Of a stretch of DNA of 64,000 nt, positions 9,672 to 18,512 are shown piece after piece (within the stretch, counting starts at the first letter, position 1; the number at the start of each line of letters is the position of its first letter). Source of the DNA: Candidatus Helarchaeota archaeon (lineage in GTDB: Archaea; Asgardarchaeota; Lokiarchaeia; Helarchaeales; RDOG01); contig JAHPZH010000001.1 of assembly GCA_019058315.1 (NCBI GenBank), forward strand, positions 128,001 to 192,000. Reading direction: 5' to 3'. A program made the position numbers and the translations under genes. A model generated the notes under the pieces. That model saw nothing but the letters and a program-made list of their open reading frames with translations. It ran no database searches and was not told the origin of the DNA.

Positions 9672-11417
9672 CTAGTTTTCATTTTCTACTCGTTTTTTAA
9701 ATTTGCGTAATAATTGAGTAAATCTAAGGGGTTTTCCTTGATAATTAAGCTCGGCAAGTGCTTGATCTTGGTAAGCATTAAATATTTTAGTAGATAATAT
9801 TTCCCAATCTCGACATATGGCAAGAGTTTGTTCATCATTTTTCAATAGAGTCTCATGTGACATGATACGATGAAATTCTGCAGCGAGTGGTTCAACTAGG
9901 TCTGGGTCCATTCCTTCAAGAATATCTCTAACGAATTCTTCAGCAGGATACCAATTTTTAACCCTTTGAAAATCGCGATGTATTTGGGTTAAAAGAACAT
10001 TACGAGGACCTTCCCACAATTCATTTATCATAGCATCTCGTTGGAAACGCGGTAAAGATAAAAAATCCTCCATTATACCGTGTCCACCGAAAAAAGATAT
10101 AGCTAATCTTATCATTTCAGGTGCTTCATAAGCTACAACAATTTTTTGTAACATGATTATTTCGCGTAATCGGTACCGTCGTCTTCTTTCAACGAGATCT
10201 TCAATCTCTTGTAAGTTCTTTAAACCAGCGGTAAGCTGTTCATCAAAATGAAGGAATTCTTTATAGATTTTAAAAGCGGCAGCCGCAGTTCTTTTTACTC
10301 CATGGTCTAATCTATTAATTTGATTTATCATAAGTGGAAACAAAGAAGTTGGTATTCCAAATGCCTCTCTAAATTGAGCATATAAATTAGCTTCTCTTGC
10401 AGCACGCAGACCCCCACCAGCTGCTTGGAATCCGACATGAACTCTAGACATTGAAAGCACAATACCGACAATATTAGCAAGTCCCTTTTCTAATGGACCG
10501 ATAGGATAAGCGACAGCTCCGTTATAAGTAATTTCAGCAGTGGGAAGTTCGGCAGTTCCGAGCTTTTGTTTGAGTCTATCTATTGTATATGAATTTCTAA
10601 TTTCACGCTCTTTATTACCTGGAAGCCAAGCAGGTACTGCAAAAACTGCAATTCTTGTTGATGATGGAGTCCCCTTTGGTTTTGCACTTACAATGGCATA
10701 ATCCGCTTGAGTTGCAGAGCAGAAAAATTTTTTGCCATAAATTCTCCAGCAGTTAGAAATACCATCGGGACCTTCAGCTTCTTCAAAGACTGCCTCAACT
10801 AGATTTGAGGGAACATCGCTTCCACCTTGAATTTCGGTAATAAATTGTGAACCGAGAGCGTATTCACGTTCTCCATTATTTATTATTCCATCCCTCATAT
10901 GGGCGAGAATTTTTTTTGCCTCATCTTTTAGTGTATCCTCGTATTTTTCCATAAGCCTGATCATACCATGAGTGCATGCTATTGGACACATCACTCCTGC
11001 CTCGCCATTTTGGGCAAGTAAAAATATTTTGACAAACCTACTCCAAGGGGAATTTTTTTTCGGATCAAAAATACCAAGGTTAAAAATTTCACGTTCTAGA
11101 ATTTCGGTTTCCATACAACGCTTTAAGCGATCAACTCGATGATTATGAGCATCATAATGTTGGATTAGAGTACATTTTATTCGATTTTCAAGTTTATTAG
11201 CCTCTTCTGCAAGGTATTTAAATTTAAAAGATACTTTTTGTGATAGTTCACGAAGTTCACGATCAATTTTCTCGAATTCATTTCCAGTATACTTTTTAAC
11301 TAGAAACTGAAAAAAATCATCATCTTCATAGCAGTTAAAATTATCTCTAACAAATAAATAATCATCAAATGAATATTTATTATTCCTGTCACCTTCTTTA
11401 GCCATTTGGGCACACAT
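9672..11417 (-). CDS. Acyl-CoA dehydrogenase family protein (AidB-like)
   Basis: CPIACT, SQFITEIQGGSDV, GKKFFCSA, RLKQKLGT..PTAEI, FGGHGIMED, ELWEGPRNV. Confidence 0.9.
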   Translation of the reverse strand: MCAQMAKEGDRNNKYSFDDYLFVRDNFNCYEDDDFFQFLVKKYTGNEFEKIDRELRELSQKVSFKFKYLAEEANKLENRIKCTLIQHYDAHNHRVDRLKRCMETEILEREIFNLGIFDPKKNSPWSRFVKIFLLAQNGEAGVMCPIACTHGMIRLMEKYEDTLKDEAKKILAHMRDGIINNGEREYALGSQFITEIQGGSDVPSNLVEAVFEEAEGPDGISNCWRIYGKKFFCSATQADYAIVSAKPKGTPSSTRIAVFAVPAWLPGNKEREIRNSYTIDRLKQKLGTAELPTAEITYNGAVAYPIGPLEKGLANIVGIVLSMSRVHVGFQAAGGGLRAAREANLYAQFREAFGIPTSLFPLMINQINRLDHGVKRTAAAAFKIYKEFLHFDEQLTAGLKNLQEIEDLVERRRRYRLREIIMLQKIVVAYEAPEMIRLAISFFGGHGIMEDFLSLPRFQRDAMINELWEGPRNVLLTQIHRDFQRVKNWYPAEEFVRDILEGMDPDLVEPLAAEFHRIMSHETLLKNDEQTLAICRDWEILSTKIFNAYQDQALAELNYQGKPLRFTQLLRKFKKRVENEN

Positions 11418-11602
11418 TCTTAATATTCTCCTTATTTTTTAATAATTTATTAATAAAAGATTTTCTAATTATTATTTGTATAAATTATTTTATTATTCTT
11501 TATGTTAAAAATCGATATTGTTATTCCTATTCAAATTCAAAATTTTTATAAATTATTTTTTTTACTTCTTTTTAAGTAAATAATAATTGGAGAAGAAAAA
11601 AT

Positions 11603-12241
11603 ATGGAATGGAATCCCTTAAAATGGCCTATGAGTTGTCTTGCTGGCATTTTGATGATTGTATTTTTTTTCATATTCATTCCTACTGCAGTATTACTATT
11701 TCCAAGTTTCAATATCAATCTTGGACCTGTTCACTATTGGATTATGGGTCCTTATAGTATTATAGATAATTATTTGAGTGATTTAGGAAACTATATCTTC
11801 AATCCTAAAGGAGCAGACTTCTTTAATTATGGCTTAATAATTATTGGAATTGCTATGATACCATTTTTTCTTGGAATTTCGCAATTCTGGGAGGAAAATC
11901 CCCACACAGAGATCTTAAAAATAACAAGACTACTTGGATTTGCAGCAGCATTTGCTTTGATTATGATAGGAGTTTTCTCAGAGAACGCCCCTGAGCCATT
12001 ACATGAACTTTGGTCGATGATATTTTTCTTATTAATTCTTATTCTAATGGGTCTCGCAAGTTATGCACTAATCGATGACGACAATTTTATGAAAATTACT
12101 AGTTATTATGGTTTTGGAGCAATTATATTCAATATCATCTTTTTAACGACAGGATCACCCTTCTTGGAATGGATAACGGTTTTTTCGGCATTAGGCTTTG
12201 TTGCTATGTTAATATATGATGTATTTAAAACGGAATCTTAA
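11603..12241 (+). CDS. Integral membrane protein, DUF998-like
   Basis: Multiple TM helices; NYLSDLG, FNYGLI, IGVFSE..LH pattern typical of DUF998. Confidence 0.7.
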   Translation: MEWNPLKWPMSCLAGILMIVFFFIFIPTAVLLFPSFNINLGPVHYWIMGPYSIIDNYLSDLGNYIFNPKGADFFNYGLIIIGIAMIPFFLGISQFWEENPHTEILKITRLLGFAAAFALIMIGVFSENAPEPLHELWSMIFFLLILILMGLASYALIDDDNFMKITSYYGFGAIIFNIIFLTTGSPFLEWITVFSALGFVAMLIYDVFKTES

Positions 12242-12379
12242 GAGATTAGAACTAAATCTAATTTCACCTTTTATTTTTTAAAAAATTCTCCTTTTGAATT
12301 TATCAGTTCCATTAAATTAAAATTTTATAAAGAAAATTAATTTTATAAAAAAAATAATAGTAGATTAAAGTGATTTATT

Positions 12380-12622
12380 ATGGGATGACCATGTCCTCCA
12401 CTTCCTGACCCTTCTGAATCCCCAGATATATACTATGCGGTTCTATGGGTGTTAATGGATCGGAGGAATCAAATTGACCCAGTTCAACTAGGGATCATTG
12501 CTGGAATTATTTGCTTGGCTGTTCTTGCTGTCATCCTTGCTTGGGAAATAAAAAAGTCAAGTTCCAAGGCAAAAGGAAAAGGGATGAAAGCAAACAGTAA
12601 AATAAATAATTCAGAGAAATAA
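12380..12622 (+). CDS. Small single-pass membrane protein with in-frame UGA at codon 3 (selenoprotein candidate; otherwise a 55 aa ORF from 12455)
   Basis: ATG GGA TGA CCA TGT... then open to TAA 12620-12622: MG*PCPPLPDPSESPDIYYAVLWVLMDRRNQIDPVQLGIIAGIICLAVLAVILAWEIKKSSSKAKGKGMKANSKINNSEK; AAGTGAT RBS-like sequence upstream; GC content rises at 12380. Confidence 0.55.
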
Positions 12623-12678
12623 TTAATTTAGGCTACTCTATATTTTAAAATAAAAAGTTTGAAAACAATAAAAATTAA

Positions 12679-13860
12679 TTAAGATTTCTTCTCTTCGAAT
12701 TCTCTTTCTTGTTTCAATACTTTTTCTTTCATATTTGCTACTTTTTCGTATTTTTCTTTAAATTTTTCTTCTTTTTCCCTCATTTCTACAGTGTATTTGA
12801 CATAATCCTGTTTCTTTTGTATGATACTCTGATATCTTTTTTCTAATTCTTTTTCTTTTGTCTGTATCTCTCTTTGTTTATTTTTTAATTCCGTAATTTT
12901 GGCTTTTATATCTAATAATTTTTTATCATAATCTTCACTTTCTTCGATGACTTTTTTATATTTACCGTTAATTTCTGCAAGACTTTGTTCAACTGCTTTA
13001 AGCTTATTAAGCGCAACATTAAGATTCCGTAATTCCGATTCTTTCTTTTGAATATCCTTGTAATTATTATCAATATCTTTTTTTACCTTAGCAATTTCTT
13101 GATTTTTATCCTTTATTTCTTTTTCTTTTAATTTTAATTTTTCTTCAACATTCTCAAATTCTTCTGATTTCTTCTTCAGTTCATTGTATTTCGCATTAAT
13201 TTGTTCTAATTCAGTTCTAATGGTTCCTAATTTTCGATTTAACTCTTCTTCCTTAGCATCTATTACTTTATGTTGTTGACCAATTTCAGCTTCTAATTTT
13301 TGGTTAGACTTTGATTTAGTTTCTATCTCTTTTTTGAGTTGTTCTATTGTATTTTGTTTTTTCTTAAGTTCCTGTAATTTAGTTTCATAATTTTGTTCAA
13401 ATGATCTAAATTTCTGTAGTTTTTGGTTTTGGTTCTGCAATTCAGCTCTAGTTTCGGCAAATTCTTTTTCAACTCTTTGTTCTTCTTTGTTTAATTCTTC
13501 TTGTGTTTTTTTGAATTCGTCTTCTTTTGCCTGAACTTCAGCTTGCTTATTTATAATTTCTTCTTTTAAATTCATTAAGTTTTGTAATTTTTGGCTCATT
13601 TTTTGTTTTTTAATTTCATTTTCTTTCATTAAATTCTTTACATTTTCATATTTTTGTCTAAGCTCCAGTTCTCTTGCAGATAAACTTTCTTTGCGCGTTT
13701 CAATATCTTGTATATTTTGATCAAACTCTATGGCAGCACTTTTTACTTTCGCCATTAATCTTTCTAGTTTTAATTCCCTCTCCTTAAGCTCTTGCTCCTT
13801 TTTCTCAAGCTCAAGACGTTTTGATTCTAATTTCTCTTCATCCATACAATTACTTTCCAT
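12679..13860 (-). CDS. Long coiled-coil protein
   Basis: 393 aa, E/K/Q/L rich, no proline, heptad pattern along the whole length. Confidence 0.8.
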   Translation of the reverse strand: MESNCMDEEKLESKRLELEKKEQELKERELKLERLMAKVKSAAIEFDQNIQDIETRKESLSARELELRQKYENVKNLMKENEIKKQKMSQKLQNLMNLKEEIINKQAEVQAKEDEFKKTQEELNKEEQRVEKEFAETRAELQNQNQKLQKFRSFEQNYETKLQELKKKQNTIEQLKKEIETKSKSNQKLEAEIGQQHKVIDAKEEELNRKLGTIRTELEQINAKYNELKKKSEEFENVEEKLKLKEKEIKDKNQEIAKVKKDIDNNYKDIQKKESELRNLNVALNKLKAVEQSLAEINGKYKKVIEESEDYDKKLLDIKAKITELKNKQREIQTKEKELEKRYQSIIQKKQDYVKYTVEMREKEEKFKEKYEKVANMKEKVLKQEREFEEKKS

Positions 13861-14045
13861 TATTAAACCATTATTAAATTAATAATAAATTATTAATATT
13901 AACAACTATTTTGAGTTTCGATTTTTCTATAAAGCATTCTTTAAAATGAATTCAAGAATTATTCAAATAATAAAAAATAAAGGATATTTCTAAAAAAAAG
14001 AAGGATAAAATTTAAGTAAAATTCTGTTAATTTTACATCTTTCAG

Positions 14046-15014
14046 TTAATTTATTTTATTTTTTCTTCTTTCAATTATTTTTTTTGCTATGTAATTAAAT
14101 ACATCTCTGACATTTTCCCCAGTTTTTGCTGAAGTTTCAAAGAATTCGTATCCAAGCTCATTTGCTTTTTTCTTCCCGTTTTCCAAAGAAACATTTCTTT
14201 GGTTTTTTAGATCGCTTTTATTTCCAACTAATAAAAATAATCCATCATTTTTTGCATAAGGTCTTATTTCTTCTATCCAGCGATCAATCTCTATAAAACT
14301 ACTTGGATCTGAAATATCATACATAAGTATAAAAGATTCGGTATTTGGATAATAATTTCTTCTAAGTTGTTTGAAAGTTTTTTGGCCAGAGACATCCCAA
14401 GCGGTGAATGAACAATGTGTATTCGTGTTACAATCATAAGTATGTTTCTTTATATCAACACCTAAAGTTGGAATATATTCCACTGCAAATTCACCATCGG
14501 AAAATTTATTTAATAATGAGGTCTTACCTACTCCAGGTTCTCCTGCTATTATGATTTTATAAAGAACTTTCCTTTTTGCTTTGGTTTCTGGTTTGGTTTT
14601 ATCTATTGATGAATATTTCTTAAAAGTACTCAAATTCTCAAAATCAAATTCCGTCTCTAATATGTTTGAGAAATTAACAAACCTATTGATCTTTCCATCC
14701 CATCCATCAAGGTTGCCGAATTCTTCTAAGAATCTGTTTCCAATAGAATTCATAATATCTTTCATCATAACAATTTCATCTGTTCGGTCACAACCAAGAA
14801 CAACAAAAATAGTACCAAAATTCATATAAACAAATTTTGCATCTTTCAGAACCAGACTATCAATTGCTCCTTTTCCACTGGCTTTAGCAAAATTATCAAT
14901 AGCAATGAAAAATCCTGAAAGTAAATCTTGACTTATTCGGGATTTAACTTCGCCGAAATCTTTATAATATAAATTTTCGCCACTATTTCTAATTATCCAG
15001 ATGTTGTGGATCAT
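14046..15014 (-). CDS. Longin-like domain fused to Rab-like small GTPase
   Basis: N-term MIHNIWIIRNSGENLYYKDF..LLSGFFIAIDNFA (longin-like); C-term GEPGVGKT, YIPTLG, WDVSGQ, NKSD, ETSAK; ATG 15014 matches the start of the paralog. Confidence 0.88.
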   Translation of the reverse strand: MIHNIWIIRNSGENLYYKDFGEVKSRISQDLLSGFFIAIDNFAKASGKGAIDSLVLKDAKFVYMNFGTIFVVLGCDRTDEIVMMKDIMNSIGNRFLEEFGNLDGWDGKINRFVNFSNILETEFDFENLSTFKKYSSIDKTKPETKAKRKVLYKIIIAGEPGVGKTSLLNKFSDGEFAVEYIPTLGVDIKKHTYDCNTNTHCSFTAWDVSGQKTFKQLRRNYYPNTESFILMYDISDPSSFIEIDRWIEEIRPYAKNDGLFLLVGNKSDLKNQRNVSLENGKKKANELGYEFFETSAKTGENVRDVFNYIAKKIIERRKNKIN

Positions 15015-15155
15015 AAAAAAATCCACTCCTCGTAATTTTATGAATCATAGAAATATATAATATTTGGATTATATATATTCTATTGCTTTACTTCAAAATG
15101 TCTTAAAAAAGGAGTTTTTTAAGGATAAAAGCAATTATTCCCCTGTTTATTATTA

Positions 15156-16130
15156 TCAATTTAGTTTTAAATGCTTATTATTGTCTCTTATTTTTTCTCC
15201 GATAAAATAAAACAAATTATTCACATTAAATCCAGTCTTTGCAGAAGTTTGAAAAAATTCAAATCCAAGTTCACTTGCCTTTCTTCTTCCTACCTCTGGA
15301 GAAATAACTTTTTCTCCATTTAAATCTATTTTGTTCCCAACTAATAAAAAAATACTATCCTTTCTAGCATAAGGTTTTATTTCATCTACCCATCTATCAA
15401 TTTCTTCAAAACTATTCAAATTAGAAACATCATACAAAATTACAAAAGATTCCGTATTTGGATAATAAATTTTTCTAAGTTTTTTAAAAGATTTTTGCCC
15501 TGATACATCCCATGCAGTAAATGAGGCATTTATATCTGAATTAAGATTATAGGAGTGTTTTTTTACATCAACTCCTAAAGTTGGTATATATTGAGAGTCA
15601 AATTCACCTTTAGAAAATTTATTCAATAAAGAGGTTTTTCCTACCCCAGGATTTCCTATTACCACGATCTTATAAGCGATATTATTTCTTGGTTTAAGTT
15701 TTCTTTCATTTTCGTCAATTGAAGATTTAGATTTACGTATGATACTCGACTTTTCAAATTTGAACTCTGTATCTAAAATATTAGAAAAATCTCTAAATTT
15801 AGAAAGTTTTCCGTCCCAATCTTCAAGATCTCCGTATTTTTCTAAAAATAAATTTCCAATATCTGCCATTATTTCTTTTAGCCCATTAATTTCCTCTGAT
15901 CGATCACAACCAAGAACGATAAAAATAGGATCTAGATTCATATAAATGAATTTTGCATCCTTCAAAATTATACTATCTATATTTCCCTTTCCACTTTCAT
16001 TAGCAAAATTATCGAGTGCAACAAAGAACCCAGAAAATAAATCATTATCAATATTTGATGTTGTTTTATTAAAATTTTTATAAAATAAGTTTTGTCCGCT
16101 ATTTTTTATTATCCAAATGCTATTTATCAT
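15156..16130 (-). CDS. Longin-like domain fused to Rab-like small GTPase (tandem paralog)
   Basis: MINSIWIIKNSGQNLFYKNF..LFSGFFVALDNFA; GNPGVGKT, YIPTLG, WDVSGQ, NKID, QTSAK. Confidence 0.88.
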   Translation of the reverse strand: MINSIWIIKNSGQNLFYKNFNKTTSNIDNDLFSGFFVALDNFANESGKGNIDSIILKDAKFIYMNLDPIFIVLGCDRSEEINGLKEIMADIGNLFLEKYGDLEDWDGKLSKFRDFSNILDTEFKFEKSSIIRKSKSSIDENERKLKPRNNIAYKIVVIGNPGVGKTSLLNKFSKGEFDSQYIPTLGVDVKKHSYNLNSDINASFTAWDVSGQKSFKKLRKIYYPNTESFVILYDVSNLNSFEEIDRWVDEIKPYARKDSIFLLVGNKIDLNGEKVISPEVGRRKASELGFEFFQTSAKTGFNVNNLFYFIGEKIRDNNKHLKLN

Positions 16131-16380
16131 AAATCTAGGAGCTCCTTTTTAGTACATAAATTTTGGTCTATCGGAATATAACAATATAATGATATACCAA
16201 TAATTTATATACAAAACACCTACTTATATTTTTCTATTATTTTTTAAGATGATGTTAAATAATTAAGAATTTTAAATTGATTTTAAAAATAGTAAATATT
16301 TGGGAGGATTTAACTTAATTAATCGTTATTTTACTATAGACCAATAATATGAAAATAAATAAAAAAATGGGAATAAGATT

Positions 16381-18225
16381 TTAAGAATTTTTTAAATCCT
16401 CTATAACATATCTAAGTCCTAGTTCAATTAATTTCTCTTTTTTTGGAGTTCCCTTTTCCAAATCCCAACCTCGTTCATCATAATAATCATCCAGTAGTTT
16501 ATTTGCTAACTCATTAGTAATTTTTACTCCACCATAGAAATATTTAATCCTCTTTTTAATCAATTTCTCAGGAAACTCATCATGTTTCCTATTAAAACCC
16601 TCCCTAACGTTAGCAACTTTAAGAAGATTCCATGACCTTTCAGCTGCTTTCATAAGTTCTTCTCTACTAATTTCAATTCCAGTTACAAAGGAATATAGTT
16701 CAGTACAAAGTTTGGCACTATAAAATCTATTAATTTGTGCTCTCGCACATATTCCTAACGAACCTAATGCAGTAAACCACTCTTCGGAATATTTAGTAAG
16801 CCGTCCAATATTCAATCCCATCTCCTTAATGGGTGGTTTAAATATTCTATCCATTGCATCTTCTGGAACGCCCATTCTATCAAAATGAGATCTGAAATCA
16901 TCTAGCTTACGTCCTGGGGCAAAGTAAGTAGGAGAACCACCCGCAGCATCATGACTTCCTCTAGGATTAACAAATTGCTCAAATTCCATTGTTCCAAGAT
17001 TAAACATCTTTGGATCTAAAATTAAATTTTGTTTTTTAACTAATGGAATTTTCTTAACGGCTTCTTTACCAAATCGATTAATTACACCTTCAAATCCATC
17101 TGCTAAAATATCTCCAAATCCTTTTCGATATGAAATATTCTCAAGTAATTTTGATAACGTTTCAAAATCATTTTTTATCTCTAAATCAGTTTCTTCAAAA
17201 GTTAGGATTCCTCGTTTATATAAACTTTTAACTAAGGGAAATAACGCCATAATTGTTATTGAATCCAGCCCATATCTATTCATTAAATCAAAACTTTTAA
17301 TATTTTCATCATAAGTGCCAAAATTCATTGCAAGAAGTGCATACGCATTTACCACAGATGCTTCATACGATACTAATCCCTCAAACCTTCCTTCTTTTAT
17401 CTGAATTACATCTTTATCTCCAATTGGACAAGATGGGCATGCTATCCTCGCTTTTTTCAAATTATCAAGATAAAAATCCTTAGGTACAATGGGTGCTGTC
17501 CGAATTAATCCAAATTTGACCCAATCTTCACGATGTTTATAATTTCTTATTCGCTCGTATAACTCTTTATGTATTTTCATTAATTTTTTTGGCTCTGCTA
17601 CATTTACACCCTTGCTCCCATGAGCAATGATGGCCTTTAGATTTTTTGACCCCAATACCGCACCTGCCCCTCCTCTTCCAATGGTTGAAATTTTATCAAC
17701 TAAAGCAATTGAATATTTAACCAAATTTTCTCCTGATTGCCCAATTGAAATAATTCCACAATTACCATGAAGTTTCCATAAATCATCCGCAGTTTGATTT
17801 GTATCTTTTCCCCATAAATTAGTTGCATCTTCTAAACTCACATTATCATCAAAAATTTTTAGATAAATAGGAGAATCTGCTCTCCCAGTAATTATTATAT
17901 GATCATAACCTGCATTCTTCAACATCATTCCAAAACTCATTGACCCTCCTGTCCAAGCAACTGCATTATTCATTGGCACTTTCGTTGTTATATATATCCT
18001 AGAAGTTGAAGGTAAAATAGTTCCAACAAGTGGACCTACACCAATTACTATAGGATTATCCGGGGAAAAAGGATCTATTTTTGGAGTGAAAATATCATAG
18101 AATAATTTTATATTGATACCAAGACCGCCAATGAAGTCTTTAATAAGTTTATCATCAAGTTTTTTTAGTTTTATTTCTTTATTAGTCAAATTTACATGTA
18201 ATATTTTCCCAGAATAACCAAACAT
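16381..18225 (-). CDS. Aldehyde:ferredoxin oxidoreductase (tungstopterin AOR family)
   Basis: GYSGKILHVNLT, FIGGLG, GRGGAGAVLGSKNLKAI, CPSCPI, YGLDSI, LGICAR, YYDERGWD..GTP. Confidence 0.92.
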   Translation of the reverse strand: MFGYSGKILHVNLTNKEIKLKKLDDKLIKDFIGGLGINIKLFYDIFTPKIDPFSPDNPIVIGVGPLVGTILPSTSRIYITTKVPMNNAVAWTGGSMSFGMMLKNAGYDHIIITGRADSPIYLKIFDDNVSLEDATNLWGKDTNQTADDLWKLHGNCGIISIGQSGENLVKYSIALVDKISTIGRGGAGAVLGSKNLKAIIAHGSKGVNVAEPKKLMKIHKELYERIRNYKHREDWVKFGLIRTAPIVPKDFYLDNLKKARIACPSCPIGDKDVIQIKEGRFEGLVSYEASVVNAYALLAMNFGTYDENIKSFDLMNRYGLDSITIMALFPLVKSLYKRGILTFEETDLEIKNDFETLSKLLENISYRKGFGDILADGFEGVINRFGKEAVKKIPLVKKQNLILDPKMFNLGTMEFEQFVNPRGSHDAAGGSPTYFAPGRKLDDFRSHFDRMGVPEDAMDRIFKPPIKEMGLNIGRLTKYSEEWFTALGSLGICARAQINRFYSAKLCTELYSFVTGIEISREELMKAAERSWNLLKVANVREGFNRKHDEFPEKLIKKRIKYFYGGVKITNELANKLLDDYYDERGWDLEKGTPKKEKLIELGLRYVIEDLKNS

Positions 18226-18453
18226 TTATTCCTCCACCCTTTCTAATGCTTTATATAAACAATATTTAGCACATAGACCGCAATTATTGCATTCACTTGT
18301 AAAACTAATCTTTTTTGTATGGTCAATAGTTTGAATTCGTATAAATGCTTCCGATGGATTGAAGATCTTTCTATGAGTAAAAGAACATATAAGTTGACAA
18401 GTTAAACAGCCGGTACAATTTTGATCGTGAATAATAATTTTATTGGTTTGCAT
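18226..18453 (-). CDS. 4Fe-4S ferredoxin, AOR-associated
   Basis: CTGCLTCQLIC and CNNCGLCAKYC; abuts the AOR start. Confidence 0.9.
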   Translation of the reverse strand: MQTNKIIIHDQNCTGCLTCQLICSFTHRKIFNPSEAFIRIQTIDHTKKISFTSECNNCGLCAKYCLYKALERVEE

Positions 18454-18512
18454 AAAAACATCTCTTAAAAAAAAGAAAATATAATGTGGTTTATTATAAT
18501 GAATTTTTAGAT

